Positions 7,845 through 16,213 of a stretch of DNA of 32,000 nt are shown here, piece after piece. Below the pieces are notes generated by a model. It made no database searches. It was not told the DNA's origin and saw only the letters and a program-made list of their open reading frames with translations. The DNA lies in assembly GCA_016205145.1 (NCBI GenBank), contig JACQJH010000002.1:30001-62000 (forward strand). The letters run 5' to 3'. The first letter of the stretch is position 1. Each line of letters begins with the position of its first letter. The translations under genes and the position numbers were made by a program. The stretch comes from Candidatus Iainarchaeum sp. Its GTDB lineage: Archaea; Iainarchaeota; Iainarchaeia; Iainarchaeales; JACQJH01.

Positions 7845-8393
7845 TCATTCCAGAATGCCGCGCTTTTTCATCAACCGCACGATTTCTTCGACGTTTTCCT
7901 CGACGCTCGCGCTTTCGCTTGAAACCCGCGCATCAGCCGCATTCTCGTAAAACGGTTTGCGCACTTCCAGCAGATGCTTGACTTCCTCGATGCCTTCCTT
8001 GTTTGTCAGGGACGGCCGGTTCCTGTCCTTGCCAATGCGCTCGAAAATCTTTTCAGGCGAAGCCTCCAGCAAAACCACAAAGCCGTTTGCCTTCAGGTTC
8101 CCGGTATTCTCATCATCCATGACTGCGCCGCCGCCGGTCGCAATCACGTGGTTGTCCAGGCCGGACAGCAGGAAAATCGCTTCTTTTTCCATGCGCCTGA
8201 ATTCCGCTTCGCCGGACCTGCGGAAAATCTCCGGAACCGTCCTTCCCGCGCGCTTCACTACCTCGTCGTCAGAATCCCTGAATTTCCAGCCCAGCTTTTT
8301 AGCAAGGGCCCTGCCGACAAAGGTCTTGCCGGTTCCCCTGTAGCCTATAAGCACGACATTCAACCTTCCACCACCAACAAATTCTCTCTTCAA
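7845..8393 (-). CDS. aroK: Shikimate kinase, AroK/AroL (P-loop NMP-kinase) type
   Basis: VVLIGYRGTGKTFVGRALAKKLGWKFRDSDDEV (Walker A plus the DSD motif), ATGGGAV, RPSL. The true start is probably the TTG at 8363 (MNVVLIG), preceded by GGTGGTGGAAGG. The track start at 8393 is a TTG overlapping the antiporter stop. Confidence 0.9.
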   Translation of the reverse strand: MKREFVGGGRLNVVLIGYRGTGKTFVGRALAKKLGWKFRDSDDEVVKRAGRTVPEIFRRSGEAEFRRMEKEAIFLLSGLDNHVIATGGGAVMDDENTGNLKANGFVVLLEASPEKIFERIGKDRNRPSLTNKEGIEEVKHLLEVRKPFYENAADARVSSESASVEENVEEIVRLMKKRGILE

Positions 8394-9664
8394 ATTTTCA
8401 TTTCTTCAATCTTTACCTGGGGCACCGGCGGTTTTTCCGTTTTCGACGCGGCCCGTTTCTCAAAAACAAACAGGCCGATAGTGGAAACAATGTTTGAATA
8501 GAATATTATTATGAATCCTAAGAGAATAATAATTTTTTCAAACCCGCCAAAGTTAACGCCCGCGCTTGCAGGATAAGTGGCCATGACCGCGGCGGCAAGG
8601 CCCTTTGACATGGTCGTGGAGATAAGCAGCCGGTCAGGACACAGGCGTTTGTTGAAAAAAACCAGTATTTTCACCGCCACAAACCGCGCAAGCGCCATTC
8701 CCGCAAAAGCCGCAATGGAAACGAAAATAATTTCCGCCGAAAAGGCATCCAGGCTGAAAATTATTCCGAGGTAAATGAAAAAAAATGTCCTGGTGAAAAA
8801 GGTGAGCTCGGAATGCAGGGAAACCGTGCTGACGCCAAGGGAAGACTGCCTCATCCCCAGGAAAGCCATTATCCCGGATGCGTTTCCAAGGACAAGCCCG
8901 AAAACAAGCGCGGCCATCGCACCATTGCCTTTAGCGTACTCGACCACCGCAAACAGGAAAAACAGGATTGCCAAAGTCAGGAGATACTGGTGCTTGCTTG
9001 TTGTCGTGAAATCTCTCAGGGCCTTAAGCCAGAGAATGGCCAAAATAGCCGCGGCAAAAATAGGGATTGAGAAAGCGCCCATGACGCTTTGCGCAATCGA
9101 CTGAACACTGATTGTTTTCAGCGAAACCACCTCGATTATCACGAAAGCTGTTGTGATTGTGAAAATGTCCGTTATGACGGATTCCATTTCCAGCAGGATT
9201 TTAGTCTGCTCGGAAGCACTTGACTTCCTGACCAGATGGACCACCATTGCCGTGCTCGTGCCTCCGAAAACCGCGCCGACAAACATGGCAGCAAAAAAAT
9301 TCCACCCAAGGAACGACAGGATTGCGGTAACGAACAGCAGGCTCAGGAAAAAAACCAGCGCAGTGAACATCGTGCTTGACTGCAGGCTTTTAAGCACATT
9401 GTGAAAATTCAGCCTGAGGCCGCTTTCAAACATTATGAACGCCAGAGTGAGGGAACCCAAAAAGGGCGCGCTGTCACGGAAAAGCCCGATGACCTCCACA
9501 GGAAAGACTTTCAGGACCGGTCCGAGAAGCAGGCCAAAAACCATCAAAAGGATTATGTCCGACAGGCTCGTCCTCTTGAAAATCATCTGCCCCGCAAAGC
9601 CGGAAAAAATTATGACCGCAACAAACAGGAAAAGGAAGTAAACATCCGGCATCCTGAAAATCAC
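8390..9664 (-). CDS. Cation:proton antiporter (Na+/H+ exchanger family, CPA1/CPA2-like), membrane domain only
   Basis: 424 aa with about 11-12 hydrophobic helices. The N-terminus FAGQMIFKRTSLSDIILLMVFGLLLGP and FIMFESGLRLNF are typical of Pfam Na_H_Exchanger proteins. The GTG at 9664 overlaps the aroA stop (GTGA). An alternative start is the ATG at 9652. Confidence 0.85.
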   Translation of the reverse strand: MIFRMPDVYFLFLFVAVIIFSGFAGQMIFKRTSLSDIILLMVFGLLLGPVLKVFPVEVIGLFRDSAPFLGSLTLAFIMFESGLRLNFHNVLKSLQSSTMFTALVFFLSLLFVTAILSFLGWNFFAAMFVGAVFGGTSTAMVVHLVRKSSASEQTKILLEMESVITDIFTITTAFVIIEVVSLKTISVQSIAQSVMGAFSIPIFAAAILAILWLKALRDFTTTSKHQYLLTLAILFFLFAVVEYAKGNGAMAALVFGLVLGNASGIMAFLGMRQSSLGVSTVSLHSELTFFTRTFFFIYLGIIFSLDAFSAEIIFVSIAAFAGMALARFVAVKILVFFNKRLCPDRLLISTTMSKGLAAAVMATYPASAGVNFGGFEKIIILLGFIIIFYSNIVSTIGLFVFEKRAASKTEKPPVPQVKIEEMKI

Positions 9665-10965
9665 TTCTCATTCAGGGCTGCAAGCGCGGAAAAAAAATCA
9701 GGATAACTTTTCCCAACGCAGTCCGGATTTTTGATTTTCACGCCCGCAACTTTCAGGCCCGCGATTGCGAACGCCATTGCAATGCGGTGGTCGTTGTACG
9801 TCTCAATCTCGGCGCCGTGCGGCAAGCCGCCGAAAACTGTCAGCGAATTCCTGCCTGCAACGGCCTTGATGCCCATTTTTGCCAGTTCGTGCGCGGGCGC
9901 CTTGATGCGGTCGCTTTCCTTGATTGAAAGGTGCCCTATGCCGGTCATGAGTGTTTTGCCTTTTGCGAACGCCGCGACAACCGCGAGCGTCGGAACCATG
10001 TCCGGCAGGGGATTCATATTAACCGAAATGCCCTTCAGTCCGTTTCCGCCTTTTTTCGGCCCTTGCACTTCCGCAAAATCCTTTCCGAAACTGACTTTGC
10101 AGCCCATTTTTTTCAGCACCTGCAGGAATGCCTTGTCGCCCTGCACGGATTCCGGATTAAGGTTTTTGACGCGCACCTTTCCGCCGAGAATCGCGGCGGC
10201 GGCAAAAAAGTAGCCTGCGCTCGAATAATCGCCTTCGATGTCCAGGTTTCTTGCCTTGTAAGCCTGCCCCGCCCTGACAGAAAATTTTTTGTAGCCTTTT
10301 CTTTGCACATTGACGCCGAAGCTTTTCATGCAATCAATCGTTATGTCGACATAAGGCTTGGAACTCATCGAACCCATGCATTCCAGCCCAACATTTTTCC
10401 GTGCGTAAGGCGCCGCGACAAGTATAGAGGAAAAGAACTGCGAGCTTTCCCCGCCGTGCATTCCGGCTTTTCCGCCGGCAAGGGTTCCGCCTTGAACCAT
10501 TATCGGCGGGCAACCATTGTTGACGCTTTCGGCTTTCACTCCCAAGGCACGCAATGCCCTCAGGAGTTCCCCGACAGGCCTCTGCCTCATTCTCTCGTCG
10601 CCGTCCAATTCAATTGTCCTGCCGGTTTCGGCAAGCGCGCAAACCGAGGCGAGGAATCGCATTGACACGCCCGAATTGCCTACAAAGATTTTGTCTTTCG
10701 GCGCCTTTAGCCTGCCGCCGGTGCCGTGCACGACAACCGAATTCGTGCCGGCCGCGCTTTCAATTTCTATTTTTGCGCCCAATGCGCGCATGGCATTGAT
10801 TGCATGCAGCTGGTCTTCCGCCAAAAGCGGGTTTTTCAAAACTGATCTGCCATTGGCAAGCGAGGCAAGAAAAATAGCGCGAAGCGTGTAAGCCTTTGAC
10901 GGCGGCGCGGAAACTGATGCGTCCAATGCAGTTTGTGCGGGGATTGCCCGAATTTCGTCCGCCAT
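9661..10965 (-). CDS. aroA: 3-phosphoshikimate 1-carboxyvinyltransferase (EPSP synthase)
   Basis: PPSKAYTLRAIFLASLANG, VGNSGVSMRFL, IKESDRIKA, NDHRIAMAFAIAGL. Confidence 0.95.
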   Translation of the reverse strand: MADEIRAIPAQTALDASVSAPPSKAYTLRAIFLASLANGRSVLKNPLLAEDQLHAINAMRALGAKIEIESAAGTNSVVVHGTGGRLKAPKDKIFVGNSGVSMRFLASVCALAETGRTIELDGDERMRQRPVGELLRALRALGVKAESVNNGCPPIMVQGGTLAGGKAGMHGGESSQFFSSILVAAPYARKNVGLECMGSMSSKPYVDITIDCMKSFGVNVQRKGYKKFSVRAGQAYKARNLDIEGDYSSAGYFFAAAAILGGKVRVKNLNPESVQGDKAFLQVLKKMGCKVSFGKDFAEVQGPKKGGNGLKGISVNMNPLPDMVPTLAVVAAFAKGKTLMTGIGHLSIKESDRIKAPAHELAKMGIKAVAGRNSLTVFGGLPHGAEIETYNDHRIAMAFAIAGLKVAGVKIKNPDCVGKSYPDFFSALAALNEK

Positions 10966-10972
10966 GTTAAAG

Positions 10973-11003
10973 CTTTAAATACGAGGTTTCTTTTAAAATA
11001 ATT
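10973..11003. promoter_or_regulatory. Two AT-rich boxes in a 40-bp divergent promoter region (aroA and the receiver gene)
   Basis: CTTTAAATAC (10973-10982) is centred about 29 nt upstream of the ATG at 11006 (+). TTTTAAAATAATT (10991-11003) is centred about 31 nt upstream of the aroA ATG at 10965 (-). Confidence 0.4.
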
Positions 11004-11005
11004 GT

Positions 11006-11686
11006 ATGGCTCAAGACAGGCGGCTCAAAATTCTGTGGTTCGAGGACGAGCCAAATATTTCCATGCTTTATGGGGAGGAACTTGGGGACGGCAGGCTTGC
11101 CGAGGCGGACGTGCATTTGTCGACAAGCCTTGCTGACGCGGAAGCCTATCTTGCGGGCAACACGCCGGACATCCTTTTCACCGACGTGAATTTGCACGGC
11201 CAAGGCAACGTTGCCGAATTCATCCGCGGCGTGCAGCAAAAAAATCCTGTCTGTGAAATAGCATTCGTCACCGCGGCACAGAAGTCTGCAGTGCACACGT
11301 GGCCCGGCACGCATTTTGTCGAAAAGACATCGGACATGGACACGCTGTTCGGGCATCTGCGGCAAATCCATGATTCCGCAAAAGCCAATCTGCGGCACGG
11401 CACAGCCCACCAGAGTCCGCAGGTTACGCCCGAATACGTGGAGGAACTCAAAAACGCGCATTTGGGCACTGAGAGAATTGCAAGAAGCGAGGCATACAAG
11501 CGGCTTGCAGGCACTGGCACGCATATCGGGGAAGGGAACAGAGAAGCAGACATAGGCATAAGATATGCGGAAACCTTTTTGGGGCGCAAGGGCGTTAACG
11601 GCCGGCAAACAAATAAACGAAAGCCCTGGTCTTCAAGTAAAAAACCATCTTCGGGAATCCGGCGGATGAAAGGAATTCCGCGCTGA
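11006..11686 (+). CDS. CheY-like receiver (REC) domain protein with an unrecognised basic C-terminal domain of about 100 aa
   Basis: All REC landmark positions are present: KILWFEDEPN (acidic pocket), DILFTDVNLHG (phospho-acceptor Asp), IAFVTAA (Thr) and HFVEKT (Lys). The C-terminal half has no motif I recognise and ends in a K/R/S-rich tail. Confidence 0.65.
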   Translation: MAQDRRLKILWFEDEPNISMLYGEELGDGRLAEADVHLSTSLADAEAYLAGNTPDILFTDVNLHGQGNVAEFIRGVQQKNPVCEIAFVTAAQKSAVHTWPGTHFVEKTSDMDTLFGHLRQIHDSAKANLRHGTAHQSPQVTPEYVEELKNAHLGTERIARSEAYKRLAGTGTHIGEGNREADIGIRYAETFLGRKGVNGRQTNKRKPWSSSKKPSSGIRRMKGIPR

Positions 11687-11701
11687 TTTGTTCGGAAAAA
11701 A

Positions 11702-12643
11702 TTATTTTCTTTTGATTGCGGCCTTCGCCGCCTTCGCAATGCTTGGCGCGGTCAAACCATACTTTTCCCACAACTGCAACGGCTTGCCGGATTCCCCGAA
11801 AGTGTCGCGCGTGCCGATTCGTTCAAGCGGTGCAGGCATTTTTGCCGCCAGGACTTCGGCTATCGCGCCCCCGAGGCCGCCGTAAATGGAATGGTCTTCG
11901 CAGGAAACAATTGCACCCGTCTCTTTTGCGGCTTTTTCAATAAGCGATTCGTCAATGGGTTTGATTGAAGCCATGCCGATAACGCGTGCCGAGATGCCGT
12001 CTTTTTTCAGTTCCCCTGCCGCGTTGACAGCTTCGCTTAGAATCGGCCCGGCAGCGATTATTGAAACGTCTTTTCCGTCCGCAACGACGTTTCCTTTGCC
12101 GAATTTGAAAACGTGGTTTTCTGGGAAAACGTACGGCAGGGCCTGCCTTGCAGTGCGCAAATAAACCGGCCCTTTCACGCAAACCATTTCGCGGATTGCC
12201 GCGCGCGCCTCGTTGTAGTCGGCCGGATAAGCGATTTTCATGTTTGGAAGCGCGCGGAACATTGCAATGTCTTCAAGGCATTGCGCCGTTGCCCCGTCCT
12301 CGCCTGTCAGCAGGCCGGAGTGCGAGCCCATTAGCTTGACGTTTGTGTCGGAATAGCAAAGGCTGACTCTTATCTGGTCCATTGCCCTTATGAGAAAACA
12401 GCTGAACGATGCCGCGCAGGCAATCTTTCCGTCAAGCGCCATGCCCGCGGCAATCGAAACCATGTTCTGTTCGCACACGCCGAGATTGAAATACCTGTCA
12501 GGATAGGCTTTTCCGAAATTCCTGCCGTAAGTCGAGGCTGAAAGGTCGGCATCAAGAACGAAAATGTCCCGATTTGATCTGCCGAGCTCGATCAGCTCGT
12601 CAGCCCAAGCCTGCCTTGTAGCTTTTTCCCCCGCCATAATCAT
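11702..12643 (-). CDS. Transketolase, C-terminal (pyrimidine-binding) subunit
   Basis: DIFVLDADLSASTY...PDRYFNLGVCEQNMVSIAAGMA...HSGLLTGEDGATAQCLEDIA is the split-transketolase architecture. Confidence 0.92.
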   Translation of the reverse strand: MIMAGEKATRQAWADELIELGRSNRDIFVLDADLSASTYGRNFGKAYPDRYFNLGVCEQNMVSIAAGMALDGKIACAASFSCFLIRAMDQIRVSLCYSDTNVKLMGSHSGLLTGEDGATAQCLEDIAMFRALPNMKIAYPADYNEARAAIREMVCVKGPVYLRTARQALPYVFPENHVFKFGKGNVVADGKDVSIIAAGPILSEAVNAAGELKKDGISARVIGMASIKPIDESLIEKAAKETGAIVSCEDHSIYGGLGGAIAEVLAAKMPAPLERIGTRDTFGESGKPLQLWEKYGLTAPSIAKAAKAAIKRK

Positions 12644-12676
12644 TCACTTCAACCGGATCCCACTTTGCCCATCCGC

Positions 12677-13510
12677 CTATTTTTCTCCCAGTTCTTTCAT
12701 TGCTATTTCGAACTGCTCCGGATTTGCGGCTTTGCCGTGGAAGCTTCCATCATTTTCCATGAACGAAACGCCTTTTCCTTTAACCGTTTTCGCAATAATG
12801 ATTGCCGGCTTTCCCTTGTTCTGCCACGCCTGTTCATATGCCTCGGCAATCCGCTTCAAATCATGGCCGTCAATCTGCAATACATTCCAGCCGAAAGCCT
12901 CGAATTTTTCTTTTATGGGTTCAAGCGTTATTTCGTCTTTTATCGCGCCGTCGTTCTGGAAGCCGTTCCTGTCAAGGATCGTGATAAAATTTTCAAGTTT
13001 GTGGTGCCCTGCAACCATGGCTGTTTCCCAGACCTGGCCTTCCTCGATTTCTCCGTCGCCAAGCATTGCAACGACCTTGTTTTTCCTTCCGTCCGCCTTT
13101 GCGGCGAGGGCCATGCCAAGCGCGGCGGAAAAGCCTTGTGCAAGGCTGCCGGTGCTGATTTCAATTCCAGGCGTCGAAAGCCTCGAAGGATGGCCCTGCA
13201 GTTTCGAGCCAATGAGCCTGAAAGTCATCAGCTGTTCTTTTGGAAAAAAGCCCTTGTCCGCAAGCACGGAGTAAATGATTGGCGAAGCGTGGCCTTTGCT
13301 CAGAATGAAGCGGTCCCTGTCCGGGCTTTTTGCGTTCTGGGGGGAAAAGTTGAGATAATTGCAGTAAAGCACTGTCAGCAGGTCGGTTGCGCTCAGGCTT
13401 CCGCCCGGATGGCCGGAATTCGCGTTGGAAGTCATTCTGACTATGTTGACGCGGTGCTGCCTCGCTTTCTCTTTCAGCTGTTCGATTGAAAGCTTCTGCA
13501 TCAAAACCAT
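12677..13510 (-). CDS. Transketolase, N-terminal (TPP-binding) subunit
   Basis: ANSGHPGGSLSATDLL, RDRFILSKGHASP, LGDGEIEEGQVWE. The track start is a GTG at 13528. The ATG at 13510 lies about 30 nt downstream of the box CTTTTAATAC (13535-13544). Confidence 0.9.
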   Translation of the reverse strand: MVLMQKLSIEQLKEKARQHRVNIVRMTSNANSGHPGGSLSATDLLTVLYCNYLNFSPQNAKSPDRDRFILSKGHASPIIYSVLADKGFFPKEQLMTFRLIGSKLQGHPSRLSTPGIEISTGSLAQGFSAALGMALAAKADGRKNKVVAMLGDGEIEEGQVWETAMVAGHHKLENFITILDRNGFQNDGAIKDEITLEPIKEKFEAFGWNVLQIDGHDLKRIAEAYEQAWQNKGKPAIIIAKTVKGKGVSFMENDGSFHGKAANPEQFEIAMKELGEK

Positions 13511-13564
13511 CTGAACGAATTTGGACACGAAAAAGTATTAAAAGCATTTCAATTCGGTTTAGGT

Positions 13565-14623
13565 TTATTCTGAGGGATAGCTGCCCAGAATCTTGAGGAA
13601 CATCGTGCGCTTTTCCAGCTCGCCGATGGTTTTCCTGGTTTTCGCGTCGGAAACATGGCCTTCAATGTCAATGAAGAACACGTAATCCCACTGCTTCTGC
13701 CTGGTCGGCCTGCTTTCAATCTTGGTCATGTTAACCTTGTTTTTCGCAATCGGCTCAAGCGCGGAAAACAATGCCCCCGCCTTGTGCGGAACCGAAAACA
13801 CTATCGAAGTCTTGTTCTTCTTCGCCTTCTGCGCCCCGGTCTTGCCGATCACAAGGAAGCGCGTAACGTTCTGCGAATAATCCTCTATGTTTTCCGCGAC
13901 AACCTTGAGGCCGAATTTTTCGGCGGCAAGCCTGGAAGCTATGGCCGCAGAGTTAAGGTAAACGCCCACTGTCTCAGCCGCCTTCGCCGTGGAAGATGTT
14001 TCAATCAGTTCGGCCCCCGGAAGGTTCTTGTTCAGCCATTCCCTGCACTGCGCGAGAGCCTGCGGAATCGAGTAAACCTTTTTTATTTCCCCCAACGGAT
14101 GCTTTGAAAGCAGGTTGTGGTGGATGTCCAGGTAAATTTCGGAGACAATCTGCAGGTCAGAATGCAGCATCACGTCAAGGGTGTGGTTGACAGTTCCTTC
14201 CGTCGAATTCTCCACCGGCACGACGCCGAAATTCGCGCTTTCATTCTCGACTTCCCTGAACACATCCCTGATGGAGTCCGCGGCCATGTATTCAGTGGAA
14301 GAGCCGAAGTGCTTGATCGCGGCAATGTGCGAGAACGTGGTTTCCGGCCCCAAAAACGCGACCCTCAATGGAGTTTCAAGCTTTCTCGAAGCAGAGAAGA
14401 TTTCCGCGTAAACGCCTTTCAGGGAATCCGATGGAAATGGCCCCCTGTTCTTTCCAGTCAACCTGTCAAGGATTTCCTGTTCCCTGCTCTGGATGTAAAC
14501 CGGGACTCCGCTTTTTTTCTTTTCGCCCGCGATTTCCCTCACTAGGGCTGCGCGCCCGTTCAGCAATTCTAGCAGCTTTTCGTCAAGCGAATCGATTTTT
14601 TTGCGGATTGCGTCAATTGCCAT
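13565..14623 (-). CDS. pheA: Bifunctional chorismate mutase / prephenate dehydratase (P-protein)
   Basis: N-terminal CM_2 helix pattern (IRKKIDSLDEKLLELLNGRAALVREI), PDT core (VAFLGPETTFSHIAA, VVPVENSTEGTV), and a C-terminal ACT domain with TKIESRPTR. Confidence 0.93.
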   Translation of the reverse strand: MAIDAIRKKIDSLDEKLLELLNGRAALVREIAGEKKKSGVPVYIQSREQEILDRLTGKNRGPFPSDSLKGVYAEIFSASRKLETPLRVAFLGPETTFSHIAAIKHFGSSTEYMAADSIRDVFREVENESANFGVVPVENSTEGTVNHTLDVMLHSDLQIVSEIYLDIHHNLLSKHPLGEIKKVYSIPQALAQCREWLNKNLPGAELIETSSTAKAAETVGVYLNSAAIASRLAAEKFGLKVVAENIEDYSQNVTRFLVIGKTGAQKAKKNKTSIVFSVPHKAGALFSALEPIAKNKVNMTKIESRPTRQKQWDYVFFIDIEGHVSDAKTRKTIGELEKRTMFLKILGSYPSE

Positions 14624-14658
14624 TCAAGACACCGGCTAAAAATTGGCGTTTGCCTAAT

Positions 14659-15405
14659 TTATTTCTTTGCATGCTTTGCCGAAGGCTCGTTTTGCAGGCT
14701 TTTTTGCAAAACATTTGGTTTTGCGAAACCCGCAGAATCCGTGATTCTGCTCGGGTTCCCAAAAGCCTTTGCCTTTTCCCAGTCCTCAAGGAAACGCTTT
14801 ATGCCGGCATCGGTGAGGGAATGCCGGGCCATTTTCTTCAAAACCTCGAACGGCAGGGTTGCCACGTCCGCCCCGGCTTTCGCGCATTCAAGCACGTGCA
14901 CGGGATGCCTTATAGACGCCGCCAGAACCTTGCATTTGAAATCGTAATTCCTGAAAACCCTGACAATGTCGCGGATGAGCAGCATGCCGTCCTCGCTGAT
15001 GTCGTCAAGCCTGCCAATGAAAGGGCTAACATAGCTTGCCCCTGCCTTTGCCGCCAGAAGCGCCTGGTTCGCCGAAAAAACAAGCGTCGTGTTGATGACA
15101 ATGCCTTCCCTGGACAGCACCTTTATCGCTTTCAGGCCTTCGGTTGTCATCGGAATTTTGATTATGACGTTTTTGTGCAGTTTTTTTAGATGGCGCGCCT
15201 CTGCAATCATTGCCTCGGCCTTCTCCTCGACGCATTCCGCGCTCACCGGCCCGTCGACGATTTCGCAGATCTCCTTTATGACCTGCTCGAAATCCCTGCC
15301 CGACTTCAATATCAGCGTCGGGTTCGTCGTAACGCCGTCAACCACGCCCCACGAAACCGCCTCGCGGATTTCGTCGACGTTCGCGGTGTCAAGGAAAACC
15401 TTCAT
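14659..15405 (-). CDS. tal: Transaldolase / fructose-6-phosphate aldolase family (short type) with a C-terminal extension of about 35 aa
   Basis: [49 protein letters not shown]. The ATG at 15405 is preceded by GGAAGTGA. The track start at 15438 is a TTG. Confidence 0.9.
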   Translation of the reverse strand: MKVFLDTANVDEIREAVSWGVVDGVTTNPTLILKSGRDFEQVIKEICEIVDGPVSAECVEEKAEAMIAEARHLKKLHKNVIIKIPMTTEGLKAIKVLSREGIVINTTLVFSANQALLAAKAGASYVSPFIGRLDDISEDGMLLIRDIVRVFRNYDFKCKVLAASIRHPVHVLECAKAGADVATLPFEVLKKMARHSLTDAGIKRFLEDWEKAKAFGNPSRITDSAGFAKPNVLQKSLQNEPSAKHAKK

Positions 15406-15446
15406 GCCAGTCACTTCCAAATCAGCATTAACCTGCAAATCATTTG

Positions 15447-15467
15447 AACCTGAAAAAAGGTTAAAAA
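15447..15467 (-). terminator. T-rich hairpin and oligo-T tracts after the orphan operon, overlapping the tal promoter box
   Basis: Just after the stop at 15479, the minus strand reads GAGTTTTT-AACCT-TTTTTC-AGGTT. That is a 5-bp stem with a T-rich loop, flanked by T5 and T6 runs. Confidence 0.35.
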
Positions 15468-15478
15468 CTCATCCACTG

Positions 15479-16204
15479 TTAGTCCGGCTTTCCAAGGATA
15501 AAATCGTAAAATTCCGGCACGCGCGGCGCGTCAGTATAGGTAACCGCGCTCATTTCGAAATACCTCTGCCTTTGGTCCATTGCAATGCCCGCAGCATGGT
15601 GGATTGTTCTCTGGAGCGTCGACATCAATATTGGATTCAGCTGCATCTCCGGCAGCTCTCCCACGGGCCTCCTGAATTTTCCGGTAATCGGATTGTATTC
15701 AAGCATTATGACTTTTCCGCGTTCGTCCCTGAACTTGTCGGTCTGGGCTGGCGTCACATGAATCCTCACTCTTGCCATGCCGTCGCCCTGCCCCAAATCA
15801 ACGTTCACCTGAACTGAATTTTCATAATCTGAAAGCATCCTGACCTTGTGGACTATGAACTGTATCCTGCCGCCGAATTTCTGCCTTTGCTCTTGCATCC
15901 AGCCCCTGACAAGCTGGTTTATTTCGTCAGGATTGGAGCGGTCGATGTTGATGTTAATTCTCGGCATGCTGACCCATTCGGTCATTGTCTGCGTGTTCGA
16001 TTGCGGATCGCACCGGATTATCAGGCGGCTTCTGTCCGAGCTGCCAAACTGGCTGATTGAAAAGCTGTCAGGCGAAATGAAAACCCGGTATGGCAAAAAT
16101 GTTGCCCCTGTCTGCGGGCAAACCCGTTCTAATTCATGCAATCCAAACTGCTTGGAATGATAAATCGGGTCGCGGCCGTGAGGCTCATAAGGTCGCGGGG
16201 TCAT
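15479..16204 (-). CDS. Hypothetical protein A (241 aa), no recognisable domain
   Basis: Long uninterrupted ORF with a soluble, globular-looking composition. The ATG at 16204 lies 9 nt after the stop of ORF B, and GAGGA overlaps that stop (AATGAGGATTGCCAATG), which suggests translational coupling. Opposite-strand ORFs here are Cys/Ser-rich and less protein-like. Confidence 0.6.
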   Translation of the reverse strand: MTPRPYEPHGRDPIYHSKQFGLHELERVCPQTGATFLPYRVFISPDSFSISQFGSSDRSRLIIRCDPQSNTQTMTEWVSMPRININIDRSNPDEINQLVRGWMQEQRQKFGGRIQFIVHKVRMLSDYENSVQVNVDLGQGDGMARVRIHVTPAQTDKFRDERGKVIMLEYNPITGKFRRPVGELPEMQLNPILMSTLQRTIHHAAGIAMDQRQRYFEMSAVTYTDAPRVPEFYDFILGKPD

Positions 16205-16213
16205 TGGCAATCC

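Noticed and set aside
10967-11739. Minus-strand ORFs 10967-11608 (213 aa) and 11146-11739 (197 aa), overlapping the receiver gene.
   Set aside because: The plus-strand frame reproduces all REC landmark residues in the right order and spacing. The minus-strand translations are Cys/Arg/Pro-rich with no motif. The 10967 ORF would also start inside the aroA promoter region.
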